DNA of 63,089 nt, filler included, from Bigelowiella natans CCMP2755 (Eukaryota > Protista > Cercozoa), in assembly GCA_000320545.1 (NCBI GenBank). It is 6 parts of 6 records of this genome, joined end to end, with 100 filler letters (N's around TTAATTAATTAA, not from the genome) between each part and the next. Parts side by side here need not be neighbours in the genome. Positions count along the whole stretch, not along the records: positions 21,038 to 46,166 come from ADNK01000645.1; positions 46,267 to 55,454 come from ADNK01003601.1; 4 more parts are not named here. One strand, given 5' to 3'. The notes below the pieces were generated by a model, which did no database searches, was not told the DNA's origin, and saw only the letters and a program-made list of their open reading frames with translations. The position numbers and the translations under genes are program-made. This document shows positions 34,738 to 46,818 of the stretch, in pieces; within the stretch, counting starts at the first letter, position 1, and every line of letters starts with the position of its first letter.

Positions 34738-37728
34738 TACATAAACCAAAAAATATCCCACGAGCATTAGCATTTCACTGTATGGCAGATATTTGTCTAA
34801 TTGCGTGTAAAAGAAGAAGGGGGTGGACAGACATGTGACTCCGTCTTTGGTACTACGCTCACTTTTTCAGGATACAAGTCAAGGTTGAGAATGTCGCGGA
34901 GAAAATCGTGAATGTCGGGGAGAAAGTCGAGAAGCTACTCGGAATCTCCACAAAGAATGCTGACAAAGAGCGTGACCCCTTGATGAAGGATATTCGTTCG
35001 GTGGAGCAACTTGTCGCAGCTATTAACAACGCGAACAAGAGCGAGGGCAAACACCGCAACAGCCTCAACATCTACTTTTTCTACGCGCGTGCCTTCGTGT
35101 ATCAATTCGTACTTCTGCCTCCTACAACTTTACACATCGGTCATATCATGGAGTATGCCCAGCTGGCAAAGATGAAGGTAACACGTGATTCATTACTTCT
35201 ATCGTAACTCATCGGCTTTGGCCACTATCTTGGAAATGAATAATACAGATATCTTCTCTCTCCCCGCCCCCCCCCCCCCCTCTCTCTCTCTCTCTCTCTT
35301 TATATCTTGTGTGTGTTTGTGTGAGTGTTTGAGAATACATGCGTGCACTTTCAGGTGCAGCCCAATGCTAACGGAGGATATCAGAAAGTATTCGTGGACA
35401 TTTATTTTGACTCATGGGTTGCTAAGATAAGGTATGCATTCGTTATGTACCCTGTGCGAAATGAGCGGGTCTTAGTATATTTTACGTATTTACTATCAAC
35501 GAAGGAACGAACTCAATACTCACATCTCTTCTTCTCCTACTATCTACTTCGCGATCTCATAGTGCCGCCATTGACTCTCCGCACGCTGCCGTGCGTATAG
35601 TGAGAGGTTTCAGATGCGTCCTAGAAGTAATAGACGTTAGGCCGTACTTCCGAGGAGACCCAAGCCCTCTCAAGAAAGCCGGAGAACTGCTACTTCGCCT
35701 TCTTCCTGAAAGCTCCGACGACTTCACCAGGAGCACATTCCAGACCCATCGTCCTACACTGCTCGCCCTTAGTCTTGTACTAAAAAACATCGCAGCTGTC
35801 GCCCCAGGCGACAAATTCTCACAGCTTCATGTTCACGAGCAGCAAGAAGCCAAGGGCTTTTTCGCATGCTTGAGCAGAAAGCTGAAGAAAATGGAAAAAT
35901 CGCGTCATTGGGAGTTCATCGCACGGAGCATAGAACTCCGCCGGCGTATGAGGCTCATGAGTAAGCAGCTGACAGGCCTTGAGAGTTTGAGATTAGGCAT
36001 GCTTAGTCTTTCGAAGATGTACAACGGCGCGCTTGACTTCATGAACTTAAGCGAAGTTGAGGAAGGATTACGCGGCTTAGGAGTCCTAGCTTCTGGCGGC
36101 GACGAAAACCGATGGAGTGGTTTCAAGCCCTGGATAACAATAGCCAGCATCCCACAAAAGATGTGGAATTGTTTAGTACGCATTCCTGGAGAGCTCCTCG
36201 ACTTTCTCAAATATGCGGCAATCTTAGTGCAGCTGGGTAACATAAGCAACCTCGAGATTGATGCGGTGGAAGGGGGGAAGAAGTGTTCAGAAGCCCTGAA
36301 GAAGATTCAGCGGCGATGCTGCGAAGAAATCGTAAATATGACGAAAAAGGCAGTCGATGAAATCGATATTGATGTGACGAAACCTCTCAAGATCACCGCA
36401 CTCAGAAAGGTGCAAGAGTCATGGGAGAGACTCGTGCGACTGGGCACACGTGTTGAGCAGAAGGTGAAAGATGAGGTATGGAAAAGTATCCTATCCAAGC
36501 TCTCTAAACTCAAACCAAAGTTCTTCTCGAAGTGGCTCAACGAACTCAACAGTAAGTTGTTTCACCATGTAGAGAAAAAGTGCATCACTCGCATCGCGGG
36601 TCCTGCTACTAGGAAGCAAAAAAAACATTCCCACACGCTCAGATGAATAGCCCTCATGATTTTGAATCCTAACTATTACTGTTATCTCTTGTCATTAGAA
36701 ACCTCTCTCGCTTCATTTGCATATATGTTATGTCGCTGGTGTACATCTTTCCGTAGGTATTCGGCGGTGGTGGGATGACATCCTCAGAGAACCGAGCAAG
36801 AAAGGAGTATCCCTTTTCAACTTAGTAGAAAAGCTTGCCTTAAGCAAGGCCTTTGAGAAATCCCCTCTAGCCTATTCCCATAGCTACGACGACAGCGATG
36901 ATCTGTTCATAAAGTGTGAAGGTGATACTCCTCAAGCAGAAATCAAAGCTGCATTCAAACCGATTGGGTTGATGAAACAGCCATCGCAGACAATGAGTTT
37001 AGGCTTCGACGGGATAGGGAAAACCCCAACCAACACGAAGAGAGGGAAGTCATCGGGTGAGAGACCCAACAATGAATCTGAGAGAGCCATATCTGCCTGC
37101 GACGTCGGAAAAGAAGAAACAGAGGAAAGTTCCATCGACTTGCCCAAGTTTCTGATCGAGTAAGAACAAACCTTTTGATAAAAGTTATTGTGGCGGTGAA
37201 CTCACAGCTCTAAAATGCCGTCACTAGGCTCGGAATAGGTTTCATCCCCTTCGTTGGGCCTGGCTTCTTCATAGTCCAGAACATGCAAAACGGTAAGAAC
37301 GATCAAGGATATATGTTGCTAAATGGCAATACAATTCATCAATGATGACGACTTCAAAACATTGTTTCTTTCAAATAGGCGAGTATCGATGGGCGGTAGC
37401 GAACGCGACTTCCTTTCTCCTCGGTTGATCCATGCTCGTTAGTACAACACTGAAGGAATTTTGTTTCATTTCTTTGATCGACATGGTCTCTGGCAATGTC
37501 TGGGTCTTTTGGCAGATTCGATGCCGAAGATCATGGGCAGACACAAGCTCGTTTCGCACTAAAATGATTTCATTCTGCCCACATATGTGGACGCACATAC
37601 ATATGTCACGAGGGGTGCTAGGGTCATGTGAGAGAGTGGGACAGGGTGTAGGGCTGAATATCTGCATGTTTACGTGTTTGTTGAATTTATTTAAGCGTGG
37701 GCGCGCGCGCGTGCGCGTGTGTGTGTGT

Positions 37729-37784
<56 letters not shown>

Positions 37785-38054
37785 TTCCCTCTATTCTCAC
37801 CCACTTGTCCGTACTCACTTACACTCTATAGACGTATACGGCCTGAGGGCATTACAGCACTCGATTCGGTATGCAGCCAAGGCGAGGGCTGCGAAAGGTT
37901 GCCCATCCATGCATTATTAAACAGAATTCTTAAATGATTCCATGTTTTCTTTGTGCTATTTTAATAAACTTTGTGAAATCTCACACCGAGTCCTTTCTGT
38001 GTAGGATTTTTCAAACCAAAGTTTCTGAAGGCAGCGGCAGAGACCCTAACAGAC
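32750..38054 (+). CDS. Large alpha-helical protein of unknown function, multi-exon (3' end uncertain; may join 38233-39606)
   Basis: Long ORFs 32970-34670, 35591-36646 and 36717-37163 linked by GT-AG introns; first exon MARARSHDRKESKMFLEM splices in frame. Confidence 0.7.
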
Positions 38055-38232
38055 GGTGGGTTTCTTCCCGATTTTCCTCTCTCACGGGAGCAAATAAGTA
38101 AACGAAGGTTTTCCTTTGGATAAACTGATGCGTATGACCTATATCCTGCTCGGCTCATAAAGTCACATGAATTTATGTTGTTTGTGACAGCACCTACACA
38201 ATACAACTTATCTTTGACAGACAAAGAGATGC

Positions 38233-39606
38233 TTGGTCTTATATGTCCTTTCTATTTTTGCTTCCCTTCTCATTCTGCTGCTGGGCCTCCACCTAGCGAG
38301 AATCATAAAAGGCACCGCAACCGTCGTAAAGAATTGTTTAACGTCGCCCTCATCGGCAAAAACCAAGAAGACAGCGACTTTCAATGACCCCCTTGTTATC
38401 AATGAGGCTGCATCCTCGAAGGAAATCCTTGACAGCAGCGCCAGCGATAAGGAGGTTGTGGAGCTTGAAATTCCTGATATAAAGGCGCTTTCAGAGGTGT
38501 ATGACTGGAACAGCGTGCTTCACAGCAGATCTGTGATCCAAGCTCTGGTGGCTCCTTTTGATACGCCAGATTTTCCGAAACTTCAAAAAAAGAAGATACT
38601 CCTCGAAGATGTCGTCGATAAAACAGAGCTCACTGCGCTTGCATTCGTGCCCGATCTCCGTCATCTCGAATCTCCATGCATTCGCAAGCTACGCACACTG
38701 GAAGAACATACCACAAGGAAGCAATTGCAGGTCATTTGGGTGCCTGCCGGAAAACAACAAAAGAGTGTCTTGAGGACGGAAAAGGATGATGATGATACAA
38801 AGGAAATGCAGAAGCAAGATGAGGAAAAAGGCAGAACAGGGGAGGGGAACGGGAAAGGGACACACGTACCAGAGAATGCGACACGAAAGACTATGAAGAA
38901 GAAGAAGAGAAAAAAAAAAATAAGGAAAATGAAAAAGGAGATCAGGAAGGAAGGAAAGCATGAGGAGGAGAAGAAGGACGGTGATCAAACGATCAGGACT
39001 AACAAGGTAGAAGATGGCAAGAAGAGGATTGCTGCTAAGAAAACCGAACGATGGTATGTCCTAAATATTGCGGATAAGGATGTGTCTCGCTTGAAGGAAA
39101 GCTTCCAGCTCACAGAATCCAATAGTCACAATGTGGTGTTCATTTCGCGAGAAAAGGGTGTGCTTCGTGAGGGAGTGATGGAAGAGTGTTATGAGAACCA
39201 GCGCTTCTATTTATCAACTGGTTGGGATAGAAAACTTTTCTCCACCGATCCTTTCCCCTACGGCGATACTAATGAAGAATACCAGCCAAAATTTTTGGAT
39301 AATTTATATTTGAAAAGACTAAGTGACCAGAATATAAACATGCCCAAATGGAGGTGGGCAAGTAAATTATTGAAAGAAAGATGGGAGTATGCTTTTGACT
39401 TTCCAAATTCGCGATTCCCATACAACTTCTACCCTTCACCACGGCAATGCTTTGTAAGAAGACGATTACGAAAACGCCTGAGGGAGAGAGTTGATACAAA
39501 ATGGCTGAGCCTTGTTAGAGATACTTCAAGTGCGCATGAAGGGGTAGCAGTCGCCTTCAAGCATTTACAAAACCTTAGATCCGATAGATTAATTTTCATT
39601 TCATGA
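38233..39606 (+). CDS. Hypothetical protein or terminal exon: TM segment, Lys-rich insert, possible degenerate nucleoredoxin/thioredoxin-like fold
   Basis: 457-codon ORF without an ATG start; LQVIWVP...WYVLNI..LKESFQL..VVFISREKGVL..DPFP resembles the tryparedoxin pattern but has no CxxC. Confidence 0.55.
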   Translation: MVLYVLSIFASLLILLLGLHLARIIKGTATVVKNCLTSPSSAKTKKTATFNDPLVINEAASSKEILDSSASDKEVVELEIPDIKALSEVYDWNSVLHSRSVIQALVAPFDTPDFPKLQKKKILLEDVVDKTELTALAFVPDLRHLESPCIRKLRTLEEHTTRKQLQVIWVPAGKQQKSVLRTEKDDDDTKEMQKQDEEKGRTGEGNGKGTHVPENATRKTMKKKKRKKKIRKMKKEIRKEGKHEEEKKDGDQTIRTNKVEDGKKRIAAKKTERWYVLNIADKDVSRLKESFQLTESNSHNVVFISREKGVLREGVMEECYENQRFYLSTGWDRKLFSTDPFPYGDTNEEYQPKFLDNLYLKRLSDQNINMPKWRWASKLLKERWEYAFDFPNSRFPYNFYPSPRQCFVRRRLRKRLRERVDTKWLSLVRDTSSAHEGVAVAFKHLQNLRSDRLIFIS

Positions 39607-39864
39607 GATAGTCAGTGTAGCGTGGAACAGCAACTTCATGAAAGCATTTTTCTGTAAGCCGTTCTATGTAGAGGCTGAATGTCACAAACACGTTTCAAAA
39701 TGTCATGTTTCGAAGAAGCCTCATTTTTTCCATCCCGACGGGGTGTGCATGCTCAGGCGAAAAATGACAGAATAAAACAACAAACTACATGATGTCATTG
39801 TGAGCACTGCCAAATTCAAGTCGCTTGATGACATCGCAGATTGCATTACCTCAAGATACCGGTC

Positions 39865-40315
39865 TAACTAGCTAACTAGCTAAATGCATGAGAACGTTGT
39901 CCTGCGCAAATTTGGAGCTTTTCAAACCTCCAAGCAAACCTCCTAGCTAGCTAGGTAGCTAGCTAGCTAGCTCTAAAGGTTTTGCATCATTCACATCATG
40001 CTAGCATGCTAGCATGGCTAGATGGTGGAGCAAATCTGTGCAAACGTGAACCAAAAGACTGCAAGATGTCTAGTGTCATTAGAGCTAGCTAGCTAGCTAG
40101 CTAGAGAGCACGTGCACTGCAGAGCTGTTGTGCGTACACATCAGATGTGCGGCTACACATCTAGATGTGAAGAATGCTAGCATGCTAGCACAGCAGAGCG
40201 CAACACGATACGTAGCGCGCTAGCATATGGGGATGCTAGCACAGTAGACAGGTGAACAAGGTGTTCATTGGGCTAGCTGGCTAGCTGGGGCCACGATGCG
40301 GTCTGAGCGGTCTAG
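39865..40315. repeat. (GCTA/CTAG)n-rich intergenic low-complexity region
   Basis: Runs such as ctagctagctaggtagctagctagctag and agctagctagctagctagctag, plus many gctagc and gcatgc. Confidence 0.85.
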
Positions 40316-40706
40316 CGGTGCCTCCTGTCACAATCCATGCCAGACAAAATCATGCGGACATCTGCGACCAGCATCGTCACTTGCTTATCTCACATGCGTT
40401 CATTTCGTAAAGCATGCAATCATCTGTTCTTTATTGTTGAAACAATGCGAGCTCGTCACGAATTCAAATCGGACGCTTGTGATCAAATGATTGATCATGC
40501 AACAATTTGGCACAGTTGTGGCACAATGAATTCCAAAGCGACCATGCACATAACACACTAGTAAATTTAATAGAAATAGATATCCCTTCCACAACTGTTT
40601 CGATCGAACTCACGACTAAGATCATTATTGCATTGTGACTAGATTTATTTCATCTCCCCACTAGTCTTTGTCAGCAACCAAACAAAACCATGTCGCTTTA
40701 CATTTT

Positions 40707-43700
40707 CTACGCTGCTGGGTCTATCCACGTTGCTTTACCAGTTGCTGCATTATACCAAAAGTCTCTACCACTTTCGTCGTCGACGTATTTTTTCCACTCT
40801 ACTTCCTTCTCGGGTTCTGGTTTTTCCCATGTGGCCTTTCCTGTCTTTGAATTGAACCAGAATTCTTTCCCGCTTTCATCGTCCACGTATCTCTCCCAGT
40901 CACTATCTTCTGCTGTTGCAACCTGGTTGGTTCCGTTTTGAACATCACCGTCCGTTTTGGTCCCGGAAGTTGTGTCTTCGCCACTCTCTTGGTTCGGGGT
41001 ATTTCTCTGGTTCGTGCTGTCTTGAACTTGGCTCGAAAAAAATGGATTATTCCATGTAGACGTACCGGTTTTTGAGTTGTGCCAATATGGCTGTCCAGTG
41101 GCATCATCAACATATTCTTCCCACTCTGATTCTTCTGGTTTAGGTTCCTCCCTCTTCAAAACGTTATCATTGGTTGGTTTTTTATCTTTATATTCTGGGG
41201 GAAGTTGCTCTTCGAACCACTTCTTAAGGCCTATCGTAGTTAAACGTTGATGTTTGGGCTTACTCTGTTCAGTTTTTTCCTGGCTTTGACTGTTTTTGTT
41301 TTGCTGGTTAAACACTGGAAGTTGAGGGGGAGTTTCTTCTTCTTCTTCCTCTGCCTGTTGAAATTGCTCAAAAGCCGTCGGTTGACCTCCTGCAAGTTTC
41401 AGATGTCGAGCAAGTGTCTTATCACCAGGAAGAGGAGGACCCTTTCCTGGTTGCTTAAAATCTGGTAAAACTGGCGGCTGGTCATTAACTTGAGTCTCAT
41501 CTTCCCTCTCAAATTGCTCAAATGCCGTTGGGTGCGAACCAGCAAGTTTAAGATGCCGCGCGAGCGTTTTATCTCCTGGAAGAGGTGGGCCCTTGTTCTG
41601 GTCTGTAACTTCTTCTGCTTGAGGAGATGTGTTCTTATTTTGAGGGCCCTCTTGTTCAAATTGCTGGAACACTGTAGGTTGAGCACCTGCGAGGTTTATA
41701 TGTCGTGCAAGGGTCTTCTCCCCGGGTTGAGGGGGGTCATGATACGGAGGTGGATCGCTAAATCTACCGTTCTGTTCAGATGAATGGTCTACGCTGCTTT
41801 GTTGAACTGCTGTATTCGCCGTCGGTTTGAATTGTTGAAATGCTGTAGGTTGACCGCCTGCAAGCTTTATATGCCGAGCAAGGGTCTTATCCCCAGGAAG
41901 CGGGGGACCGTTGTTTTCCTGCTTTGGTCGGCTAAATTTTGGTAATTGTGGAGGCTTTTCTTCCTGAACAGGTTCAGGTTTCTTTTGTTTGTAATCTGGG
42001 AGAGTAGGTGGCGCTTCTTCTTCTTGAGTTGGTTGCAGTTGCTGGAATTCTGTCGGCTGCGTACCCGCGAGCTTTATATGCCGAGCAAGGGTCTTGTCCC
42101 CAGGAAGAGGAGGGTCCTCATCTCCACTCTTTTCTTGAACTGACTTATTCGCCGTCGGTTTGAATTGTTGAAATGCTGTAGGTTGACCGCCTGCAAGCTT
42201 TATATGCCGAGCAAGAGTCTTGTCTCCTGGAAGCGGAGGACCGTTGTTCTCCTGTTCTGGGGGGCTAAATTTTGGTAATTGTGGGGGCTTTTCTTCCTGA
42301 ACAGGTTCAGATTTCTTTTGTTTGAATTCCGGAAGAGAAGAGGTTTCTTCCGCCTGGGTTGGGAATGCTTTTGGTTGCTGCTGTGACCTTCGTTTTGGCA
42401 GTGCCGGAGCCTGTTCCTCCCGTTGCCCAAATTGTTGAAATACAGTCGGTTGACCTCCAGCTAGCTTTATATGCCTAGCAAGTGTCTTATCTCCCGGCTG
42501 TGGTGGGCCTTTATTCACTTGTGAAGGACGCTTTGGTAAAGTCGGTGGCTGATCCAGTTTCTCAATAGGTTTCGGTGGTTCGAATCGTCGAAATGCTGTG
42601 GGTTGACCTCCTGCATGCTTCAAGTGTCGAGCTAACGTCTTATCCCCAGGAAGAGGAGGCCCGGATGACGCTATATTATCTACATTTTTATTTGGTTGGC
42701 TACGAGCCACTATATCACTCTACTTTGGCTGATTTGTCTTCTGGGCAAATTGTTGAAATGCTGTTGGCTGGCCTCCTGCAAGCTGCAAATGCCGAGCGAG
42801 GGTCTTATCTCCTGGGCGGGGAGGGCCGCGAACTACAATATCTTTCTGATCGGATCGACTGGATCCTTGTTCTTCGAAACGCTGAAATGCAGTCGGCTGG
42901 CCTCCTGCATGCTTCAAATGTCGAGCAAGGGTCTTATCTCCAGGGCGGGGAGGACCTCGCGACACAGTATTATTATTACTAATGATCTTCTTAGGTTGAC
43001 CGCGTGTGACAACAGCATTATTTGAAGACGGGGTAAATCCCTGCCGCTCGAATTGTTGAAATGCCGTTGGTTGACCTCCTGCATGCTTTAAGTGTCTGGC
43101 AAGCGTTTTGTTTCCTGGCTGAGGCGGAGCTCTCGGCTTCTGTTTAACCTCCGGAGCTTTAGATCTAGTAACCTCTTGCTCAAATTGTTGAAATGCTGTT
43201 GGTTGACCTCCTGCGTGCTTTAAATGCCTGGCTAAAGTTTTATCACCAGGACGTGGTGGGCCCTTCGTTTGTTTACCTTGAGAAGCATTTGTTCCCGCAT
43301 ACCCTTGCTCAAATTGCTGGAAAACAGTTTGCTGACCACCAGCATGTTGCAAGTGCCTAGCTAAAGTTTTATTTCCAGGACGTGGCGGTGCCCTGGTGAC
43401 GTCCACTATTTTACGTACATTAGAATGTTTTTCTTCTGCTTTATATCCCTTCTCAAATTGTTCAAATGCTGATGTCTGGCCACCAGCATGCTTCAAATGC
43501 CTAGCAAGAGTTTTATTGCCTGGTTGAGGGGGAGCTCTGGATTTCTTTTTTATCTCTAGGGCGTTTGATTTGTTAAAACCCTGCTGTTCAAACCGTTCAA
43601 ATGCCGTCGGTTTGCTGACTGCATGCTTTAAGTGTCTGGCTAGAGTCCTATCACCTGGGCGAGGTGGGGCCCTCGATTGAGCTTCAACAGAAGGGCTTGC

Positions 43701-44674
43701 AGCATGCCCTTGCTCAAATTGTTGAAATACAGACGGTTGCCCACCTGCATGTTTCAAATGTCTAGCTAGAGTTTTATCTCCCGGACGAGGCGGACCATTT
43801 TGCTTGGGAAAGGAGGGTCCATTGGCACGTTTCAGATGTCTCTTTAGCGTCTTGTCTCCCGGCGTTGGTGGAGCGTGGGTCTTTGCGTATCCGTTCTCAA
43901 ACTGTCGAAAAGCATTCGTCTGGCCGCCTGCATGCTTCAGATGTCTTGCTAGTGTCTTATCTCCAGGAGTAGGTGGTGCAGACTTTTTTGCTTGCTGAAA
44001 TAGAGAAAAGTCAGCCCGACGACATGGATTTCATGATTATAAATGCGTGGGTTAATAAGGATTATAACGAAAACCTTTTTACCAGTGCTTTAGCGCTGAT
44101 ACCTAGAAATTTGAGTAGACTTGCACGAAGCGGGTCGAATGGCAGAACAGAACTATTTCACATATAATTCTCATTGTTATACTTTGATATATTCATGAAT
44201 CGTTAAGAGCGCTTAAAATTGTGCAGAAAATCTCACTACCAAACATATTCGTGGATGAATTGAACAGTTTGGAACTCTGCTTCACCCAACCTGTTAGAAA
44301 TACTTAATTTCAATGCATTCGTTGTGTTTCCTTCAAACTATTACTCACTTTGCCACTTGGTTGCCATACTCAGGAAATGATTGCCTCCATGCATTATCAA
44401 AATCGATCAGCTGAGAAATTTTGTGTGATTTTTCCCCAATAAGAAATAAGAACTTTACACAAAGTATTGTGAGCATTATTTACCTCGTCCAAAGTTCGCT
44501 TGGCTTCGAAACTCAAAAGCTATCACAATCAGATTTCATAAGACACTGTTAGTTTGCCAAGGAACGTGCTCCTCATTTTACCTGATTCCTGACTGCGCTT
44601 CGCACTCCAATACCAATACTAACATACTCTCCGCCCAAGGCTTTGACATTGACGTTCACATTATTCTTGCTCAT
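40707..44674 (-). CDS. Repeat protein: ~18 copies of PPxPGDKTLARH[LI]K[HL]AGGQPTAFQQFEQ and three C-terminal WW domains; in-frame TAG at 42720-42722; exons upstream of 43994 uncertain
   Basis: ORFs 42720-43757 and 40707-42710 are in the same frame, which extends to a splice acceptor at 43994. WW domains: EWEEYVDDATGQPYWHNSKTGTSTWNNP and two similar. Confidence 0.8.
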
Positions 44675-45423
44675 TCTTCTTGCCTGCCACCAGCGGTGTG
44701 GGCGTGCAGAAGGTGGGAGGAGCGGTTCGAAGTGAAATCTGTCAGTCCTGCTGTCCGATTCTGGGGAGTTCTTCTCCTGCGACATGCAAGAATAAGCCTG
44801 CCAAGTCCAAAAAGGAAAGGACTCTGTCGGTCACAGCGTAGTGCATCAAATGATCCGATCGACATGTGCACAATGTGTTGCGCAGTCTGATACCGGGGAT
44901 CCCCAGCAACTAAGTAATCCGACCGAACAAATTTCAGGAGGCAGCAAAATGCAAGATCCAACGAAATTGTATGGTGACTCAAAGCTGCGACTGACAAGGT
45001 TAGTTGTCGCACACGTCTCGAATGCAGTTGGTGTTGCCATTGACTCGTCATGGGAGCTTTGTTGGAATGTTGAAATGAAGGAAATCAATAAATCAAGCAA
45101 TGATGAACGTGGTGAATCAATCATCAACAAGTGAAGCAAGATGTCAGCGATGTCCCATGGGGCACAACGAGTGTGTGTGTGTGTGAACCGTTAAAAAAAA
45201 GCCTAGCAAACACTCAGCAAAACCAAGTGGGAACGTGCGTGATTTCAACTCGACAACACCATTGCGATTGCAACTTTGCGTGCACGGCAGCTGCACGCCA
45301 TGACTGCTGTGAGTTTGCATACCACTTGTTCTTGCAAAATCTCTTGTGTCACCTCTGAGCTCTGTTCGTGCAACTTCACTTGCACCCAAAAACACCACTC
45401 CGCTTGCTAGCTTGCCAGCTTGT

Positions 45424-46166
45424 TGTTGCGCGTAAGGTGTTCACAGGCCGAGGCGCTACGTGCACAAGTAGGCAGGGGGGGGGGAAGGCACGTTTGCTTC
45501 CTTTTGAAGAGTTGTGTTTATTTTTATTAAAGATTATATTTTTATTAAATCGTGCACTGCGTAATCATTCGCGAAGCTTTCGCGAATGCCGCCGCACGTG
45601 GGGCAGCACACTTCCGGTGTGCTGCCATGAGTCCCGCCGGAACCCACGTGCCCATGCTGTATTAATATCTACGTTATCTATATTCTATATCCGCGACAAC
45701 CCCTTTGTTGTCGCACGTGACTTGTGCCCGCGTAGTGGTACGCGCTACACCTCCCCCAAGTCACGTTGCTCCTTCCTTCCTTCCTTATTCCCTTAGACCT
45801 TCATCGCTTTCGGAACTTCACCAACCACCAGGTAATAGATTCCTCTCTAACCTTATCTCCTTTGTCGCTTACCCAGAACTCACCTTCGTCCTTAGGTTCG
45901 TGTCCATACCAGCCCTCTGCATCAAGGTCCCCCAGGACCTTATACCAGTGCTCAAAGGGTAAGTCGGGAACAGCTAGGTAGAGTAGCTGATATTTTCCGT
46001 CCTTTATTTTCATAGCTACCCTCTCCATATTTCGTAATCCAGGGTAGCCTAGATAGACAATCTTCATGCGCCAATCGTCGTTCACCCTGACCTTATTGTT
46101 TCCATATTCCACATCGAACTTAGGTCGGGGTCCTAAACAAGGCATTGCTCGCTCCCACACAGTAGG
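45424..46166 (-). mobile_element. Second copy (3' end) of the same LTR retrotransposon, inverted, cut by an assembly gap; LTR at 45424-45749
   Basis: Reverse complement of ~25996-26738 with about 3 substitutions seen by eye. Confidence 0.95.
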
Positions 46167-46291
46167 NNNNNNNNNNNNNNNNNNNNNNNNNNNNNNNNNN
46201 NNNNNNNNNNTTAATTAATTAANNNNNNNNNNNNNNNNNNNNNNNNNNNNNNNNNNNNNNNNNNNNTTTTTAAAAATAGTGGATTTGTTCT

Positions 46292-46303
46292 TTTCCCGTA
46301 TTG

Positions 46304-46338
<35 letters not shown>

Positions 46339-46497
46339 ACAAATGCACACAAGTACAATATAATATATTCAATCCTCTACCAAATATACTCCTCCACACC
46401 CCTCTTCACATAGTAGAGGGAACGATGGGAAGAGGGGGGAGGGGGGGTATTTTCGGTAGAGGATTGAATATATCCTCTTGTACTTGTGTGTATTTGT

Positions 46498-46534
<37 letters not shown>

Positions 46535-46544
46535 TTACGGGAAA
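46292..46544. repeat. ~250-bp imperfect foldback (long inverted repeat)
   Basis: Arm tttcccgta..(CA)n ccacaaatgcacacaagtacaa..atatattcaatcctctacc is mirrored by ggtagaggattgaatatat..ttgtacttgtgtgtatttgtgg (TG)n..tacgggaaa. Confidence 0.85.
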
Positions 46545-46683
46545 TGTACGATACGAAGGCTATGCAGACGTGACAAGCTCTGCAATTCAAACAGGGGACT
46601 CATCAGCACGTGCGCGCATAAACACACGCGCGCGCGGGCATAAATAGAAAGACGAGTGCATGCGTGTGTGCTGTGTGAATTGA

Positions 46684-46720
<37 letters not shown>

Positions 46721-46818
46721 TCAGGGAAAAAAAAAAAAAAATTTTTTTTTTTAGAGGGGGGGGGGGGGAGAGCGCGCGTGTGTATGTTGATGGATATCTC
46801 TTTTATATATATATCATC

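Noticed and set aside
40707-43994. Regularly spaced DNA repeats with variable spacers resembling a CRISPR array
   Set aside because: Repeats vary at synonymous positions and keep one reading frame, so they are protein repeats; no cas genes.
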